A DNA stretch of 64,000 nucleotides from Fimbriimonadales bacterium (GCA_041744215.1 JBGTLG010000039.1:1-64000); one strand, 5' to 3'. Numbered from the stretch's first letter, positions 1 to 9,647 are shown. Numbers and translations are program-made. Notes: generated by a model not told the origin, from the sequence alone.

Positions 1-265
1 GACCACCGCCGCCTCCGCCACCGCCGCCGCCTCGATCTTCTCGGGGCCGGGCTTCGTTGACGGTCAGGGTTCGGCCTTCGAACTCCTTACCGTTCTTATC
101 GGCGATCGCCGACTCAAGCTGATCGGCGTCCACATCGACGAACGCGAAACCGCGGCCCTCGATAATGCGGACATTAGTAGCTCCGTACGCGGAGAAGAAG
201 TCAGAGAGCGTTTGCTCCGTAGATGAGTAGGAGATGTTCCCTACATACAGTGTTTTGTTTGCCAT
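1..265 (-). CDS. RRM RNA-binding protein with Gly-rich tail (3' end outside window)
   Basis: Manual translation MANKTLYVGNISYSSTEQTLSDFF...GRGFAFVDV...EFEGRTLTVNEARPREDRGGGG has RNP2 (LYVGNI) and RNP1 (RGFAFV); SD AAGGAG upstream. Confidence 0.93.
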   Translation of the reverse strand, partial: MANKTLYVGNISYSSTEQTLSDFFSAYGATNVRIIEGRGFAFVDVDADQLESAIADKNGKEFEGRTLTVNEARPREDRGGGGGGGGGG

Positions 266-447
266 TTTTGGCTCCTTTTTGCGGGCTTCTGAGCCCGATG
301 AGTTTCGTACGCGCCTGTTGTCTTCTATCTCGATACAAAACTCGCCAAGGCGGTATGCAGGGAGAATTCGGTGCTCCAAGGCCGTAACGGAGGAATTGTA
401 CCCTTTCCACAGGCCTCCGGGAATCTGTCATAATTCAAGAAATCTCC

Positions 448-1368
448 TTGAAAAAGCTAGTTTTGTATCGCGACGAGCACGACGTCGATTTTGCCTTCGG
501 TTGGTTTGTTCTTTTCGTTTCAATCGCTTCGGCCGCCTGGCTGGCCGGGAACTACTTCCTCTGGAACTGGATTCGCCCTGATATCGCTGCCGCCCAACTA
601 TCCGCACCCTGGTGGTCCTATGCGCTTTGGTTCACGGGTTTCCACGCAGGGGCCGGGATGTTTGAGTTCTTTTTTCATCGGTACGTTCTTCACAGCGAGT
701 TTTGGCGACCTCTCGGCGCGATGAAGCGAAAGCACACCGAGCACCATTCCCTCACCCACGTGCGAGAGTTGGCTCATACCAAGGACGAGCACGGCAAGAC
801 TGAGGTTAGGAACAAGTATCCGATTCTGTCTCCGGAGCAGATTGAATCTTCCGCATTTCCTGCGTACTCGCTCGTCGGGTTCCTAACCGTGTTTAGCGTT
901 ATCCTCGTTCCGTTGCAGCTCTTACTTCCTACCCATCCAGTCCTGGTAGCTGGTTACTGCGCTTTCATCGCGTCGTTCTCACTTTACGAAATTAAGCACG
1001 CGATTGAGCACATGGATTACGAGAAGCATTGGAAGCGGTGGGTCGAGAAAAGCCGATTCGTGAGGAACTGGTATGGATTCCACCTGATGCATCACTCGCG
1101 CATTCGGGTTAACCAGGCCATTGGCGGCGTGTATGCGCTACCGCTTTGGGACTGGGTATTCGGAACCTATTACGTCCCCGATGAGCTACCGTTGGCCGGC
1201 GTGCGCATATCTCCCGAAAAGCTAAACGCTCCAAAGCCCAGAAAACTGATTGTATGGTTGGACGAAGTCGTCAATCGATGCGAGAAGCGGATCGTTGAGA
1301 AGCGCAAGGCCAGCGCGATCAGGAATCAGGCGCGCCAGCACGAGGATGCGACTGCCTCCCAAGGCTGA
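448..1368 (+). CDS. Fatty acid hydroxylase/sterol desaturase family membrane di-iron enzyme
   Basis: His boxes HRYVLH, HTEHH, KHAIEH, HLMHH; WDWVFGT motif; TM segments. Confidence 0.8.
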   Translation: MKKLVLYRDEHDVDFAFGWFVLFVSIASAAWLAGNYFLWNWIRPDIAAAQLSAPWWSYALWFTGFHAGAGMFEFFFHRYVLHSEFWRPLGAMKRKHTEHHSLTHVRELAHTKDEHGKTEVRNKYPILSPEQIESSAFPAYSLVGFLTVFSVILVPLQLLLPTHPVLVAGYCAFIASFSLYEIKHAIEHMDYEKHWKRWVEKSRFVRNWYGFHLMHHSRIRVNQAIGGVYALPLWDWVFGTYYVPDELPLAGVRISPEKLNAPKPRKLIVWLDEVVNRCEKRIVEKRKASAIRNQARQHEDATASQG

Positions 1369-1420
1369 TCGGCGTTGGCGTCGTTGAAACGGGAGACCGA
1401 TTTGGCCTGAACCTCGGTGG

Positions 1421-2239
1421 CTACGCTTCCCATCCCCAGATCTGGTCCCACGCTGTTATCCAATCCTTCGCCTTGCTGACGACTTTTAGCGGCTCTACAA
1501 CTTCTACTCCGTGTCGTCCTTGGAATTTTAGTGCAGACTCAATGACACCGAGTTCGACGGTTATCTCGCAAGGCTTGCCGGGATCGTAGGGCTTCGTTGC
1601 GGTGAGGTTTCTTAAGGCAGTTCGTGCGCCGTCTTCAATCATCTGCCTCGCGCGGGCGGGGGGAATCTGCCTCGCGGAAAACCTCGTCAATCCCTTCTTA
1701 ACAGCGACAGTAGTTAATCCTTCGCCAATCAACTCACGTGATTCACGGCAGGTCGCGTCGTCTCCCGTGACAAGAAGTATAGGCACTCCATAGTGTCCGC
1801 AAAGAGCGGCATTGATGCCGACTTCGCCAACGAGATCGTGGTTGAACCACAAGTTTCGCCACGTCGTCGTGCTTATCGTGTGACACATCACCCCATCGGG
1901 CGTTCCTGATCGCGCGTGCATTCCTACGAGCAGACATGCGTCGCAGCCAGTCTCGAACATCTCTGTGTACCTAGACCAGGCGTGATGGGCAACCCATTCG
2001 CAATCAGGATCGAGCAACTCGGGAACGAGAGAGTTGAAGGTGTTTGGCCCTCCCGCCCCATGGCAATCAACGACAACGATCTGCGTCGCGCCAGCCGCTT
2101 TTGCTCCTCGCACCGCCGCGTTAATCTCTTCGGTGTAGAGCCGTCTTCCCTCTTCATACATGGAGCCGCCGTAGCTTACTTGGTCCCAAACGACGATTCC
2201 GGAGACGCCTTCCATATCCGTCATGATCAACACGCGCAT
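1421..2239 (-). CDS. M55 family D-aminopeptidase (DppA-like)
   Basis: DMEGVSG, DCHG, GMHA, HT motifs; start placed at MRVLIM. Confidence 0.9.
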   Translation of the reverse strand: MRVLIMTDMEGVSGIVVWDQVSYGGSMYEEGRRLYTEEINAAVRGAKAAGATQIVVVDCHGAGGPNTFNSLVPELLDPDCEWVAHHAWSRYTEMFETGCDACLLVGMHARSGTPDGVMCHTISTTTWRNLWFNHDLVGEVGINAALCGHYGVPILLVTGDDATCRESRELIGEGLTTVAVKKGLTRFSARQIPPARARQMIEDGARTALRNLTATKPYDPGKPCEITVELGVIESALKFQGRHGVEVVEPLKVVSKAKDWITAWDQIWGWEA

Positions 2240-2296
2240 GAGCCGATTATGGCAACCTTGCACTGAAATAATGGAAACTCTCGGTATATTCGAGCG

Positions 2297-3214
2297 ATGA
2301 GAGGGAGCAGCGAAACATCGGGCTTCGACGGTGGGATCGGAGCGGCAAACTCGCTTGATTCATCGCAACGAGTAGGAGCCAACAAAAGAGTCCTGCGCAT
2401 TGCGCACCTTACTGACATTCATGTGCAGCCCGAAGCAGGAGCCGTGGAAGGTATGTCGAAGGCGCTTACCGCGGTGAACGATCTCGTGGACAAGCCGGAC
2501 CTGCTTTTGACCGGCGGGGATCAGATCATGGACGCGTTAGCGACCGATCGAAGTCGAGCTCAGGCGCAGTGGGAAGTGTTCTTGAAGACACTGCGGGATT
2601 GTAATGGGCTGCCCGTCGAACACTGTATCGGCAATCACGATGTATGCGGTTCGGAAATAGGGGTCGACGAGGTGAGTGGGAAGCGATTGGCGATGGATGT
2701 TCTCGGACTAAGCAGCCGATATCGCAGCTTTGATCGCGCTGGATGGCACTTTGTAGTTCTGGACAGCACCTATCCCATCGGAGGTAGTTACGTGGCGAAG
2801 CTCGACGAGGAACAATTCGAATGGTTGAGGGAGGATTTGGCAGGCACACCGCCAGATGTCCCCGTCCTAGTGCTATCACATATGCCGATTCTGGCGGCGT
2901 GCGCTTACTTTCACGGCAACAACGAGAGTTCAGGCAATTGGCACGTGCCCGGAGCGTGGGTGCACATCGACGCGCGGAGGATCAAGGACACGTTTCGAGA
3001 GTTTCCCAACGTGAGGGTTTGCTTGAGCGGACACATACACCTCGTGGATCGAGTCGAGTACCTCGGTGTTACGTATCTTTGCAACGGCGCAGTTTGCGGC
3101 AGCTGGTGGAACGGCTGCTTTCAGGAGTGCGCACCAGGGTATGCGATTGTCGACTTGTACGATGACGGTTCGTTTAACTGCGAATACAGAGAATGGGGTT
3201 GGCTCGCCGACTGA
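2297..3214 (+). CDS. Calcineurin-like metallophosphoesterase
   Basis: DIH, GGD, GNHD, SH, GHIH motifs. Confidence 0.9.
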   Translation: MRGSSETSGFDGGIGAANSLDSSQRVGANKRVLRIAHLTDIHVQPEAGAVEGMSKALTAVNDLVDKPDLLLTGGDQIMDALATDRSRAQAQWEVFLKTLRDCNGLPVEHCIGNHDVCGSEIGVDEVSGKRLAMDVLGLSSRYRSFDRAGWHFVVLDSTYPIGGSYVAKLDEEQFEWLREDLAGTPPDVPVLVLSHMPILAACAYFHGNNESSGNWHVPGAWVHIDARRIKDTFREFPNVRVCLSGHIHLVDRVEYLGVTYLCNGAVCGSWWNGCFQECAPGYAIVDLYDDGSFNCEYREWGWLAD

Positions 3215-3217
3215 AGC

Positions 3218-5119
3218 CTATGCCCCTGGGTACGGCAAATTCAAGGCAGCGAGAGCCAGTTTCAGCCACTCAATACGATTCGAGTCGCCTGCTGGGATCT
3301 GCAACGGACGTCCTCGCGTGTCTACGATGAGCCCGACCATTCCACCGCAGTACCGCTGCTGCCCTGGCGACTGTTTACCCATCGGGGAAAAGGGACGAGC
3401 GACTACCGACTTCCCTTTTCCTGCGCCAACGTCAAAACTCTTTGCTGGCTCAACGGTGATGTCAAAGTTTGCCTCCTCCGGCAACGCGAACACTCGCAGT
3501 TCACCAAACGGAATCGAGGCATTGATGTCGCCACCTCTAACGGTTACGCAAGGCTCGCCTGGTTTGCCCACTCCGACCGGCGCGATGACCGTGCCGACTT
3601 TGACGATGCAGTCCCGTTCGAAGACTTGGTAGGCAGCATCGGGATGATGCTCGGAAAGTACGCCGAGGTGGGGCATCATAAAGATGGAGTCGACGGTTAG
3701 AATCGTGACGCCCTCAGGTTGGTAGGCGTCGATCATGATGAGCGCAGATTGCGCGCGTTGCGGAGCATGAGAGAGGACTCCACCGGAGCCGATCACCATG
3801 TCGAGTTTAAGCATGTTGACCAACGTCGCACCTGTCGCAACCTGGGAGATCGCCTCGCCTATGGTGCGCTGGGTTTGAACGCCGACTAAACCTCTTGCGA
3901 GCGTCTTGTGGTGTTCGAGGGCGAGGCGCAGCGCCTCTCTTGCGACCCCTTGCTCGATGAGAAGATCTTCGAGCGTGTGCGGGATCGTTGTCGGACGGAT
4001 CATTTTATTGCGGAGCCGATTTCGCAACTCGAAGGAGTCGATTTCGAATGGCAGCCAGCGCTTGATGTTCTCGGTCCCCGCTTCCTTCAGTACATTACAG
4101 ATCGAGTAAGACATCCCAAGGTTTGCGGAGACTGTCCGGTTGTAAACGAGTTGCTCTTCGCCAAACTCATCCTTGGATGTGAAGACCGAGAATATATCTG
4201 TGGTCGCGCCACCGATATCAACTCCTAGGAGGTGAATCCCTCGGGCTTTTGCATAGTGTTCCATGAGCTTGCCAACGGCGTTTGGCGTCGCCATGATCTC
4301 CTCACTCGCCCACTCGAGCAGCTTGTTGTAGCCCGGCGCCTGCTGCATCACGTGCTCGAGAAACATTTCATGAATCTCTTCCCGCGCGGGTCCTAAGTTC
4401 TCTCTGTCGAGCGTGGGGCGCAGATTGTCCACATTCTTGACTTCGATTGTCTCGCCGATTGCGAGCTTAACTTTCTCGCGAGCGTCTTTGTTCCCAGCGA
4501 AGATAACGGGCAGTTTCATGTCGCCGAAGCGCGGTCTTGGGTCCGCGCGGCGGATCACTTCGCCCATGTCAACGAGGTGATCGACTGTTCCACCATCGAC
4601 TCCACCCGACATGAGGATGATGTCAGGCCTGAGTTGTCGCAGTCGTTCTACTCGCTGATACTCTTTGCGGCCATCGTCTACAGCGAGCGTGTCCATCAAG
4701 ATTGCTCCGGCGCCGAGGGCGGCCCGCTCCGCGGATTCTGCGCTCATCGCCTTGACGACGCCAGCGACCATCATCTGGAGCCCGCCACCTGCTGAGGACG
4801 TTGAGACATATAGGTCGGCAGCCTCATCTGGATCCGATCGGGCATCCGCCGTCTTACCGCTTTTTAGCAGCCGCCATACACGTTCGTCCTTGATCAACGA
4901 TCGCTTCGCACCGAACGCTTCTTCTGTAAGCTCTTCAACTTCTCTGACAGCGTTGACGACACCGACGGTAACGTCTTCGAACGGCTTTTCGACTGTCGTC
5001 GGGGCTTCGCCACGGGCAACCAGTCGGTACTCACCGTCAGCGTTCTGTTCTATCAGTATCGCCTTGGTAGTTGTAGATCCGCAGTCTGTAGCGAGGATGC
5101 GCTTGATATCGTCGGCCAT
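3218..5119 (-). CDS. Glutamate mutase L (GlmL/MutL) family actin-like ATPase
   Basis: DCGSTTTK, SSAGGGL, GGVDGG, VDIGGATTD, RTVSANLGM motifs. Confidence 0.85.
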   Translation of the reverse strand: MADDIKRILATDCGSTTTKAILIEQNADGEYRLVARGEAPTTVEKPFEDVTVGVVNAVREVEELTEEAFGAKRSLIKDERVWRLLKSGKTADARSDPDEAADLYVSTSSAGGGLQMMVAGVVKAMSAESAERAALGAGAILMDTLAVDDGRKEYQRVERLRQLRPDIILMSGGVDGGTVDHLVDMGEVIRRADPRPRFGDMKLPVIFAGNKDAREKVKLAIGETIEVKNVDNLRPTLDRENLGPAREEIHEMFLEHVMQQAPGYNKLLEWASEEIMATPNAVGKLMEHYAKARGIHLLGVDIGGATTDIFSVFTSKDEFGEEQLVYNRTVSANLGMSYSICNVLKEAGTENIKRWLPFEIDSFELRNRLRNKMIRPTTIPHTLEDLLIEQGVAREALRLALEHHKTLARGLVGVQTQRTIGEAISQVATGATLVNMLKLDMVIGSGGVLSHAPQRAQSALIMIDAYQPEGVTILTVDSIFMMPHLGVLSEHHPDAAYQVFERDCIVKVGTVIAPVGVGKPGEPCVTVRGGDINASIPFGELRVFALPEEANFDITVEPAKSFDVGAGKGKSVVARPFSPMGKQSPGQQRYCGGMVGLIVDTRGRPLQIPAGDSNRIEWLKLALAALNLPYPGA

Positions 5120-5177
5120 GACACTCCTTTGTATCGCGGGAATCGGGCGCAGCCCGAAAGTGAGGCGCTATTATGCC

Positions 5178-6041
5178 TCAAGGGGCGACGTAGGGCTTGA
5201 CCTCACCTCTCTCGATTTTGTCGAGCCAGTAGGTGATGCCGTGGCTCCCCTCTACCGCTTGGATACGCGGCAGCCTGTACGGATCGAGTTTTTCGGAGGT
5301 AGGTGAGGGGGCAGGATTTGCCCCGACGAGCATCGCAGCCCTCATGCGGTAAGTCTTCCCGTTGTACGCAAATTCTCTGACTAGATCACGATTCTTGGGA
5401 AAGATGCCCATCGGCAAGGCGATTGAGTTGACCGAGAATCCGTACTTCTGAGCGAAGTCGATTACCCCTGCAATCTCTTTCTTAGCGTCATCGTCACTCA
5501 TCCGAGAAAGGTCGGGGTGCGTGAGCGTATGGTTACCAATCTCGCAACCCCACTCCTTAAGAAGTTGTGCCTTGCGCTCTGCGAACTTTGGTTGACCAAA
5601 GAATGGGTTCGGCATAATGTAGAACGTTGCTATCAGCGGAAAGTCAGGATGATCTTTCGCGAAATCCAGCCAGATTCCAACTGCACAGAGCGGATCGATT
5701 GACCCATTCTCCAGCATTCGAAACTGTGAAATGCTGGAGTCATCGAATGTGACAACAACAGGAGAAGCACCTGGAGCGAGATCCATTTTGTTGTCGAGAT
5801 AGGACATCAGGGTCACAGGGCGAAATCCTAACTCGTAAACACGCTGCAGATCGTTCTTGAAATCTTCCGGGGTGCGGTCGTATCTCCCTGCGCTTGGAAC
5901 AACACGGTGATACTGAAGTATCGGCACGACGCCGTCAAGGTTTGCAGGCCTGTCGCTGACACGCTTGGGAGGAGGTTTCGGCTCGGGGGCGCGAGACGCT
6001 TCCGGACTCGTTGCACAACCAAAGGTGCAAAATAGCAGCAT
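5178..6041 (-). CDS. Polysaccharide deacetylase (CE4), probable lipoprotein
   Basis: ILQYH, TFDD, HTLTH motifs; FGC lipobox-like; start uncertain. Confidence 0.85.
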   Translation of the reverse strand: MLLFCTFGCATSPEASRAPEPKPPPKRVSDRPANLDGVVPILQYHRVVPSAGRYDRTPEDFKNDLQRVYELGFRPVTLMSYLDNKMDLAPGASPVVVTFDDSSISQFRMLENGSIDPLCAVGIWLDFAKDHPDFPLIATFYIMPNPFFGQPKFAERKAQLLKEWGCEIGNHTLTHPDLSRMSDDDAKKEIAGVIDFAQKYGFSVNSIALPMGIFPKNRDLVREFAYNGKTYRMRAAMLVGANPAPSPTSEKLDPYRLPRIQAVEGSHGITYWLDKIERGEVKPYVAP

Positions 6042-6059
6042 CCACAGGAGGTGACCTGC

Positions 6060-7226
6060 TTGAAAACGACTCTTACCATCTTGGCGCTCGCTGTTTTGAC
6101 CCTCCTTGGAGGGGCGGGCTGCTCGAAGCGAGAGACAGCGAAGGTCGCTCCTAAAGTCGAAGAACACAAGCCGAAGTATAACTTTCCTGAGCCTGAGCAT
6201 GTGCGCGGAATCTATCTTACCGCTTGGACCGCATCGTCTCCAAGGCGCCTCGAAGAGCTTCTGTCGCTTATTGATCGGACGGAGCTGAACGCGGTCGTCC
6301 TTGACATCCGTGATGCGGGCAAGGTGTTTTGGAAAACCGGCATCTCACTAGCGGACGAGTCGAAAGCGACTGAGGTCGCAATTCGCGATCCCGAAGCGTT
6401 GATGAAGATGTTCGAGGAACGCGGCGTGTATCCCATCGCGCGAATTGCTTGCTTTCGCGATAACTTTGTTCCCAAACTGAGACCTGAACTTGCGGTTCAG
6501 AATCCTAATGGTAAACCTTGGGCTGACTCTGGAAAGTACATGTGGCTCGATCCATACAACAAGAAGAACTGGGAGTATCTCGCCGAGATTGTGGACTATG
6601 CGCTCGAACTGGGATTCCCTGAGATTCAACTCGATTACGTAAGGTTCCCAAGCGAAGGCGTGAAGAAGGATACAGTTTTTCCCGCCAAGAAAGACTGGAC
6701 TGATGCTGAACTCACGCAAACAGAAGTAATCGCTCAGTTCGCCGAGTTCATTGGTGCGCGCGTCCGAAAGATGAAGGCAGTATTTAGTGCAGACGTTTTT
6801 GGAATCATTAGCCAATCCACTAAGGATCAAGGGATTGGACAGATGTTAGAGCGAATCGCCGAACCATTCGACCTGCTGTGCCCGATGGTGTACCCATCGC
6901 ATTATGCTCGCGGCGAATATGGAATAGCACATCCCAACGCATCCCCGTATGAAACTGTGAAGAAATCGATCGCTGACTTTATTCGACGCGTTCCGCAAAC
7001 TCGACTTCGACCATGGTTGCAAGATTTTTCGCTATATGGCGTCACATACGGCAAAGACCAGGTTCAGGGGCAGATAAAGGCGCTAAAGGAGTTAGGCGTG
7101 GAGGAATACCTGCTATGGAATCCACGCAATGTCTACACGGAAGCGGCGATCACAGACAACTCGGCCCTCGCAGTAAAGGATCCACCTAAACCGGAAACGG
7201 AGCCCGTTCCAGATGAAGCCGAGTGA
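6060..7226 (+). CDS. Putative glycoside hydrolase (DUF4015-like) lipoprotein
   Basis: RGIY, IARIACFRD, EIQLDYVRFP, PMVYPSHY, RPWLQDF; lipobox GAGC; SD AGGAGGT before TTG. Confidence 0.8.
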   Translation: MKTTLTILALAVLTLLGGAGCSKRETAKVAPKVEEHKPKYNFPEPEHVRGIYLTAWTASSPRRLEELLSLIDRTELNAVVLDIRDAGKVFWKTGISLADESKATEVAIRDPEALMKMFEERGVYPIARIACFRDNFVPKLRPELAVQNPNGKPWADSGKYMWLDPYNKKNWEYLAEIVDYALELGFPEIQLDYVRFPSEGVKKDTVFPAKKDWTDAELTQTEVIAQFAEFIGARVRKMKAVFSADVFGIISQSTKDQGIGQMLERIAEPFDLLCPMVYPSHYARGEYGIAHPNASPYETVKKSIADFIRRVPQTRLRPWLQDFSLYGVTYGKDQVQGQIKALKELGVEEYLLWNPRNVYTEAAITDNSALAVKDPPKPETEPVPDEAE

Positions 7227-7527
7227 CCATGCCCACGCTTGGGACAACTTTGGCGAATCGCGGTTCGAGACCGAGATTTTGGGCCACAGCGCGTATCTCA
7301 AGTATCACAAAGAGGACTCCATCATTTCATTGCTGCACACCGAGGTCCCGGAGGAACTTCGGGGCTACGGCCTCGCCAACTCGCTCAGCCGATTTGCGCT
7401 TGAGTACGCGAGAGCAGCCGGCTTGAAGGTGCGAATCATCTGCCCTGCCGTTGGGCGGTTTCTGCGGAAGCATCTCGAATACGCAGATTTGATTGAGCGT
7501 GCAACCAGCCTTGATGCCGTGGACTAG
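7213..7527 (+). CDS. Small GNAT family N-acetyltransferase (YjdJ-like)
   Basis: HTEVPEELRGYGLA and CP motifs. Confidence 0.85.
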   Translation: MKPSDHAHAWDNFGESRFETEILGHSAYLKYHKEDSIISLLHTEVPEELRGYGLANSLSRFALEYARAAGLKVRIICPAVGRFLRKHLEYADLIERATSLDAVD

Positions 7528-7541
7528 ATTTGCGTGGATCG

Positions 7542-7617
7542 TGGTGGGCCCGGCTGGATTCGAACCAGCGACCAAGCGGTTATGAGCCGCCTGCTCTAAC
7601 CACTGAGCTACGGGCCC
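7542..7617 (-). tRNA. tRNA-Ile2 (CAT anticodon, lysidine type; elongator Met not excluded)
   Basis: GGGCCCGTAGCTCAGTGGTTAGAGCAGGCGGCTCATAACCGCTTGGTCGCTGGTTCGAATCCAGCCGGGCCCACCA; cloverleaf, encoded CCA, resembles E. coli ileX. Confidence 0.92.
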
Positions 7618-7641
7618 TTGGGGAACGGGAGGATACCGGTC

Positions 7642-7869
7642 CTACGAATCGAATCGCGAGGAAGGGTCGTCGTCATCACTTATCGGGACGGGGTCATCAC
7701 CGGCCGCGATGAGGCGGATGACATCATCGTGCGCTATCTTTCGGCACTCTTCGATGAGCTGCGCTTCCGGCAGCAGCGACCCTTGCTCACGCGCTTGCTC
7801 AAAATGCGCCCATGCCCTTGCTTCGAGGTCCTCGTCTTCAAAAGGCTCCGTGTAAACGTAGGGGTTCAT
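7642..7869 (-). CDS. Small acidic hypothetical protein
   Basis: 75-aa ORF filling the intergenic gap; no motif recognised. Confidence 0.5.
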   Translation of the reverse strand: MNPYVYTEPFEDEDLEARAWAHFEQAREQGSLLPEAQLIEECRKIAHDDVIRLIAAGDDPVPISDDDDPSSRFDS

Positions 7870-7984
7870 TATTCCTATATGAGGTTACCTCCCCCGCGTT
7901 TTCTGATGATTTCTTCCCAAGCGGGAGTCTTTTACTCCTGTTTCGCGTTATACATCAGAGTCATCCGAATTCAGGAGGAAACTG

Positions 7985-8512
7985 ATGAAGATCCTAGCCG
8001 CCCTCGCCTTGGGCATTTACACAAGCTTTATGGCAACTCCCCAGGAGAACTTGCCAACGGCCGACCAGTATCAAACTGCATGGAATCACGCTCTCGTAAA
8101 CGCGAAAGACAAGCAGGAAGTGCGGATTGTTGACTTCAAAGGCAGATACAAAGCGATCGTCATTGACGCGTTCGCAAGTTGGTGCGGGCCATGCCAAGCC
8201 CTGATCCCCGAAGTTAACGCGATGCACGCACAGTATGGCAAGAAGGGTGTTCTGTTCATCGGATTGAATGTTCAAGACGAATGGGCTGCGATGCAAAAGA
8301 ACATCGATTCGAAGTCGATTCAGTACCTCGTACTGCACGATTCGACTGAGGGTTCTGTGATGATGCAAAACCTCAAGATCCCTGCTATTCCAATGGCAAT
8401 TGTGCTTGATGGCACGACGCTCAAGGAGAAGGGACGATTTTTGGGCAATCGACCGGCTCACAAAGAGGGCCAGCTGAAGCTGCTCGCCGAACTTGGGGTA
8501 GAAGTCGATTAA
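7985..8512 (+). CDS. TlpA-like thioredoxin-fold disulfide reductase, exported
   Basis: ASWCGPC, AIP cis-Pro, signal peptide, SD AGGAGG. Confidence 0.88.
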   Translation: MKILAALALGIYTSFMATPQENLPTADQYQTAWNHALVNAKDKQEVRIVDFKGRYKAIVIDAFASWCGPCQALIPEVNAMHAQYGKKGVLFIGLNVQDEWAAMQKNIDSKSIQYLVLHDSTEGSVMMQNLKIPAIPMAIVLDGTTLKEKGRFLGNRPAHKEGQLKLLAELGVEVD

Positions 8513-8527
8513 CTCATTCATAATATT

Positions 8528-8555
8528 GGAACCTGCGGGGCCTTCCCGCGCGTTT
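8528..8555 (+). promoter_or_regulatory. Candidate ECF-sigma promoter
   Basis: GGAACC-N17-CGTTT. Confidence 0.4.
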
Positions 8556-8614
8556 AGAGACAGTAGCAGAGGGGCATCGCCCCAACGTTTCACAAACCAG
8601 GAGGATTGACACTA

Positions 8615-9184
8615 ATGAAGAAGTTTGCATTACTAGGCGGCGCAGCCGCTGTGCTCACCGTGATCGCGATTGCCGGCAGCTCGGTTGAGTCTGGGCTCGC
8701 CGTTGGCGACACAGTCCCGGCGTTTCACCCTAAGCATGTCGCTGGGCCCCACAAAGGGACTGACGCTTGCCCACCCTGCACCTGGGGCGCGCGCCCTCAG
8801 GTCCAAGTCTGGGTTGGCTACGACAAGTCGGAAAACTCCACCAAGATCGCCAAGGCTTTGGAATCGGCGATGGTGAAGTACGAAGACAAGGAACTCAAGG
8901 CGTTCATGATCCACATGGGACGCTGCGAGGCTTGCACGACTGATATGCCGCCGAAACTCGAGGCGACTGCGAAGGAGTCTGGGTTAGAGAAGGTGGCAGT
9001 TGCCTTTCTTCCGAACGCCGAGGACCCTGCAGCAAAGAGCTATAAGATCAACGGCAGCACGGATGTCAAGAATACGGTTTTCGTCTACTCGAAGAAGCGA
9101 GTCGTCGCCAAATTCGTGAATCTGGTGGCCGATGAAGCGGGCCTCCAAGCACTCAACGAGGCGATCGCTAAGGTCGTCCAGTAG
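8615..9184 (+). CDS. Exported redoxin-like hypothetical protein with two CxxC motifs
   Basis: Signal peptide; GLAVGDTVPAF; CPPC and CEAC; SD GGAGG. Confidence 0.7.
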   Translation: MKKFALLGGAAAVLTVIAIAGSSVESGLAVGDTVPAFHPKHVAGPHKGTDACPPCTWGARPQVQVWVGYDKSENSTKIAKALESAMVKYEDKELKAFMIHMGRCEACTTDMPPKLEATAKESGLEKVAVAFLPNAEDPAAKSYKINGSTDVKNTVFVYSKKRVVAKFVNLVADEAGLQALNEAIAKVVQ

Positions 9185-9199
9185 GTCAGTAAGCTCGCG

Positions 9200-9233
9200 A
9201 AGGGTCGGCCTTTTAGGCCGACCCTTACATTTT
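9200..9233 (+). terminator. Intrinsic terminator
   Basis: AAGGGTCGGCC-TTTTA-GGCCGACCCTT followed by a T-rich tract. Confidence 0.65.
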
Positions 9234-9242
9234 CTCGACCAT

Positions 9243-9275
9243 ACTTCGATATTTCTCGAAATATCGTGGTATACT
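9243..9275 (+). promoter_or_regulatory. ArsR/SmtB-type operator adjoining a -10 box
   Basis: Perfect CGATATTTC-TC-GAAATATCG (11/13 matches when extended to 13-2-13), then TATACT 6 nt before GTG. Confidence 0.75.
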
Positions 9276-9281
9276 GAAAGT

Positions 9282-9647
9282 GTGAAACCGAACGAACGAG
9301 TTTTTCATGCGATGGGAGACGAGACTCGTCTCCGGATCCTGGCTTGCCTGGCAAAGACCGAGGAGTGCTGCCTTGACGTCTGCGCCTGTGAGTTGGTGGA
9401 CTCTCTGGAAGTCAAGCCCTCGACTCTCTCTTCGCACCTGAAGATTCTCCGCGCCGCTGGCCTCGTGCGAATGCGCAAGCAAGGCACTTGGATCTACTAC
9501 CGCCTTAGTGAGGACTTACCCGGGTACCTCGTTGAGGCGATCCGTGCAGCGGAGTTTCCTGAGAAAGACGCGACTCGGCTCGAAGAACGGTTTTCACTGC
9601 GCGTTGACGGTCGCTGCTGCGTATCCGCCGGTGCGCTCCAAAACTAA
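9282..9647 (+). CDS. ArsR/SmtB family metalloregulator
   Basis: FHAMGDETRLRIL, CCLDVCACEL, STLSSHLKILRAAGLV, GTWIYY, C-terminal GRCC. Confidence 0.92.
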   Translation: MKPNERVFHAMGDETRLRILACLAKTEECCLDVCACELVDSLEVKPSTLSSHLKILRAAGLVRMRKQGTWIYYRLSEDLPGYLVEAIRAAEFPEKDATRLEERFSLRVDGRCCVSAGALQN

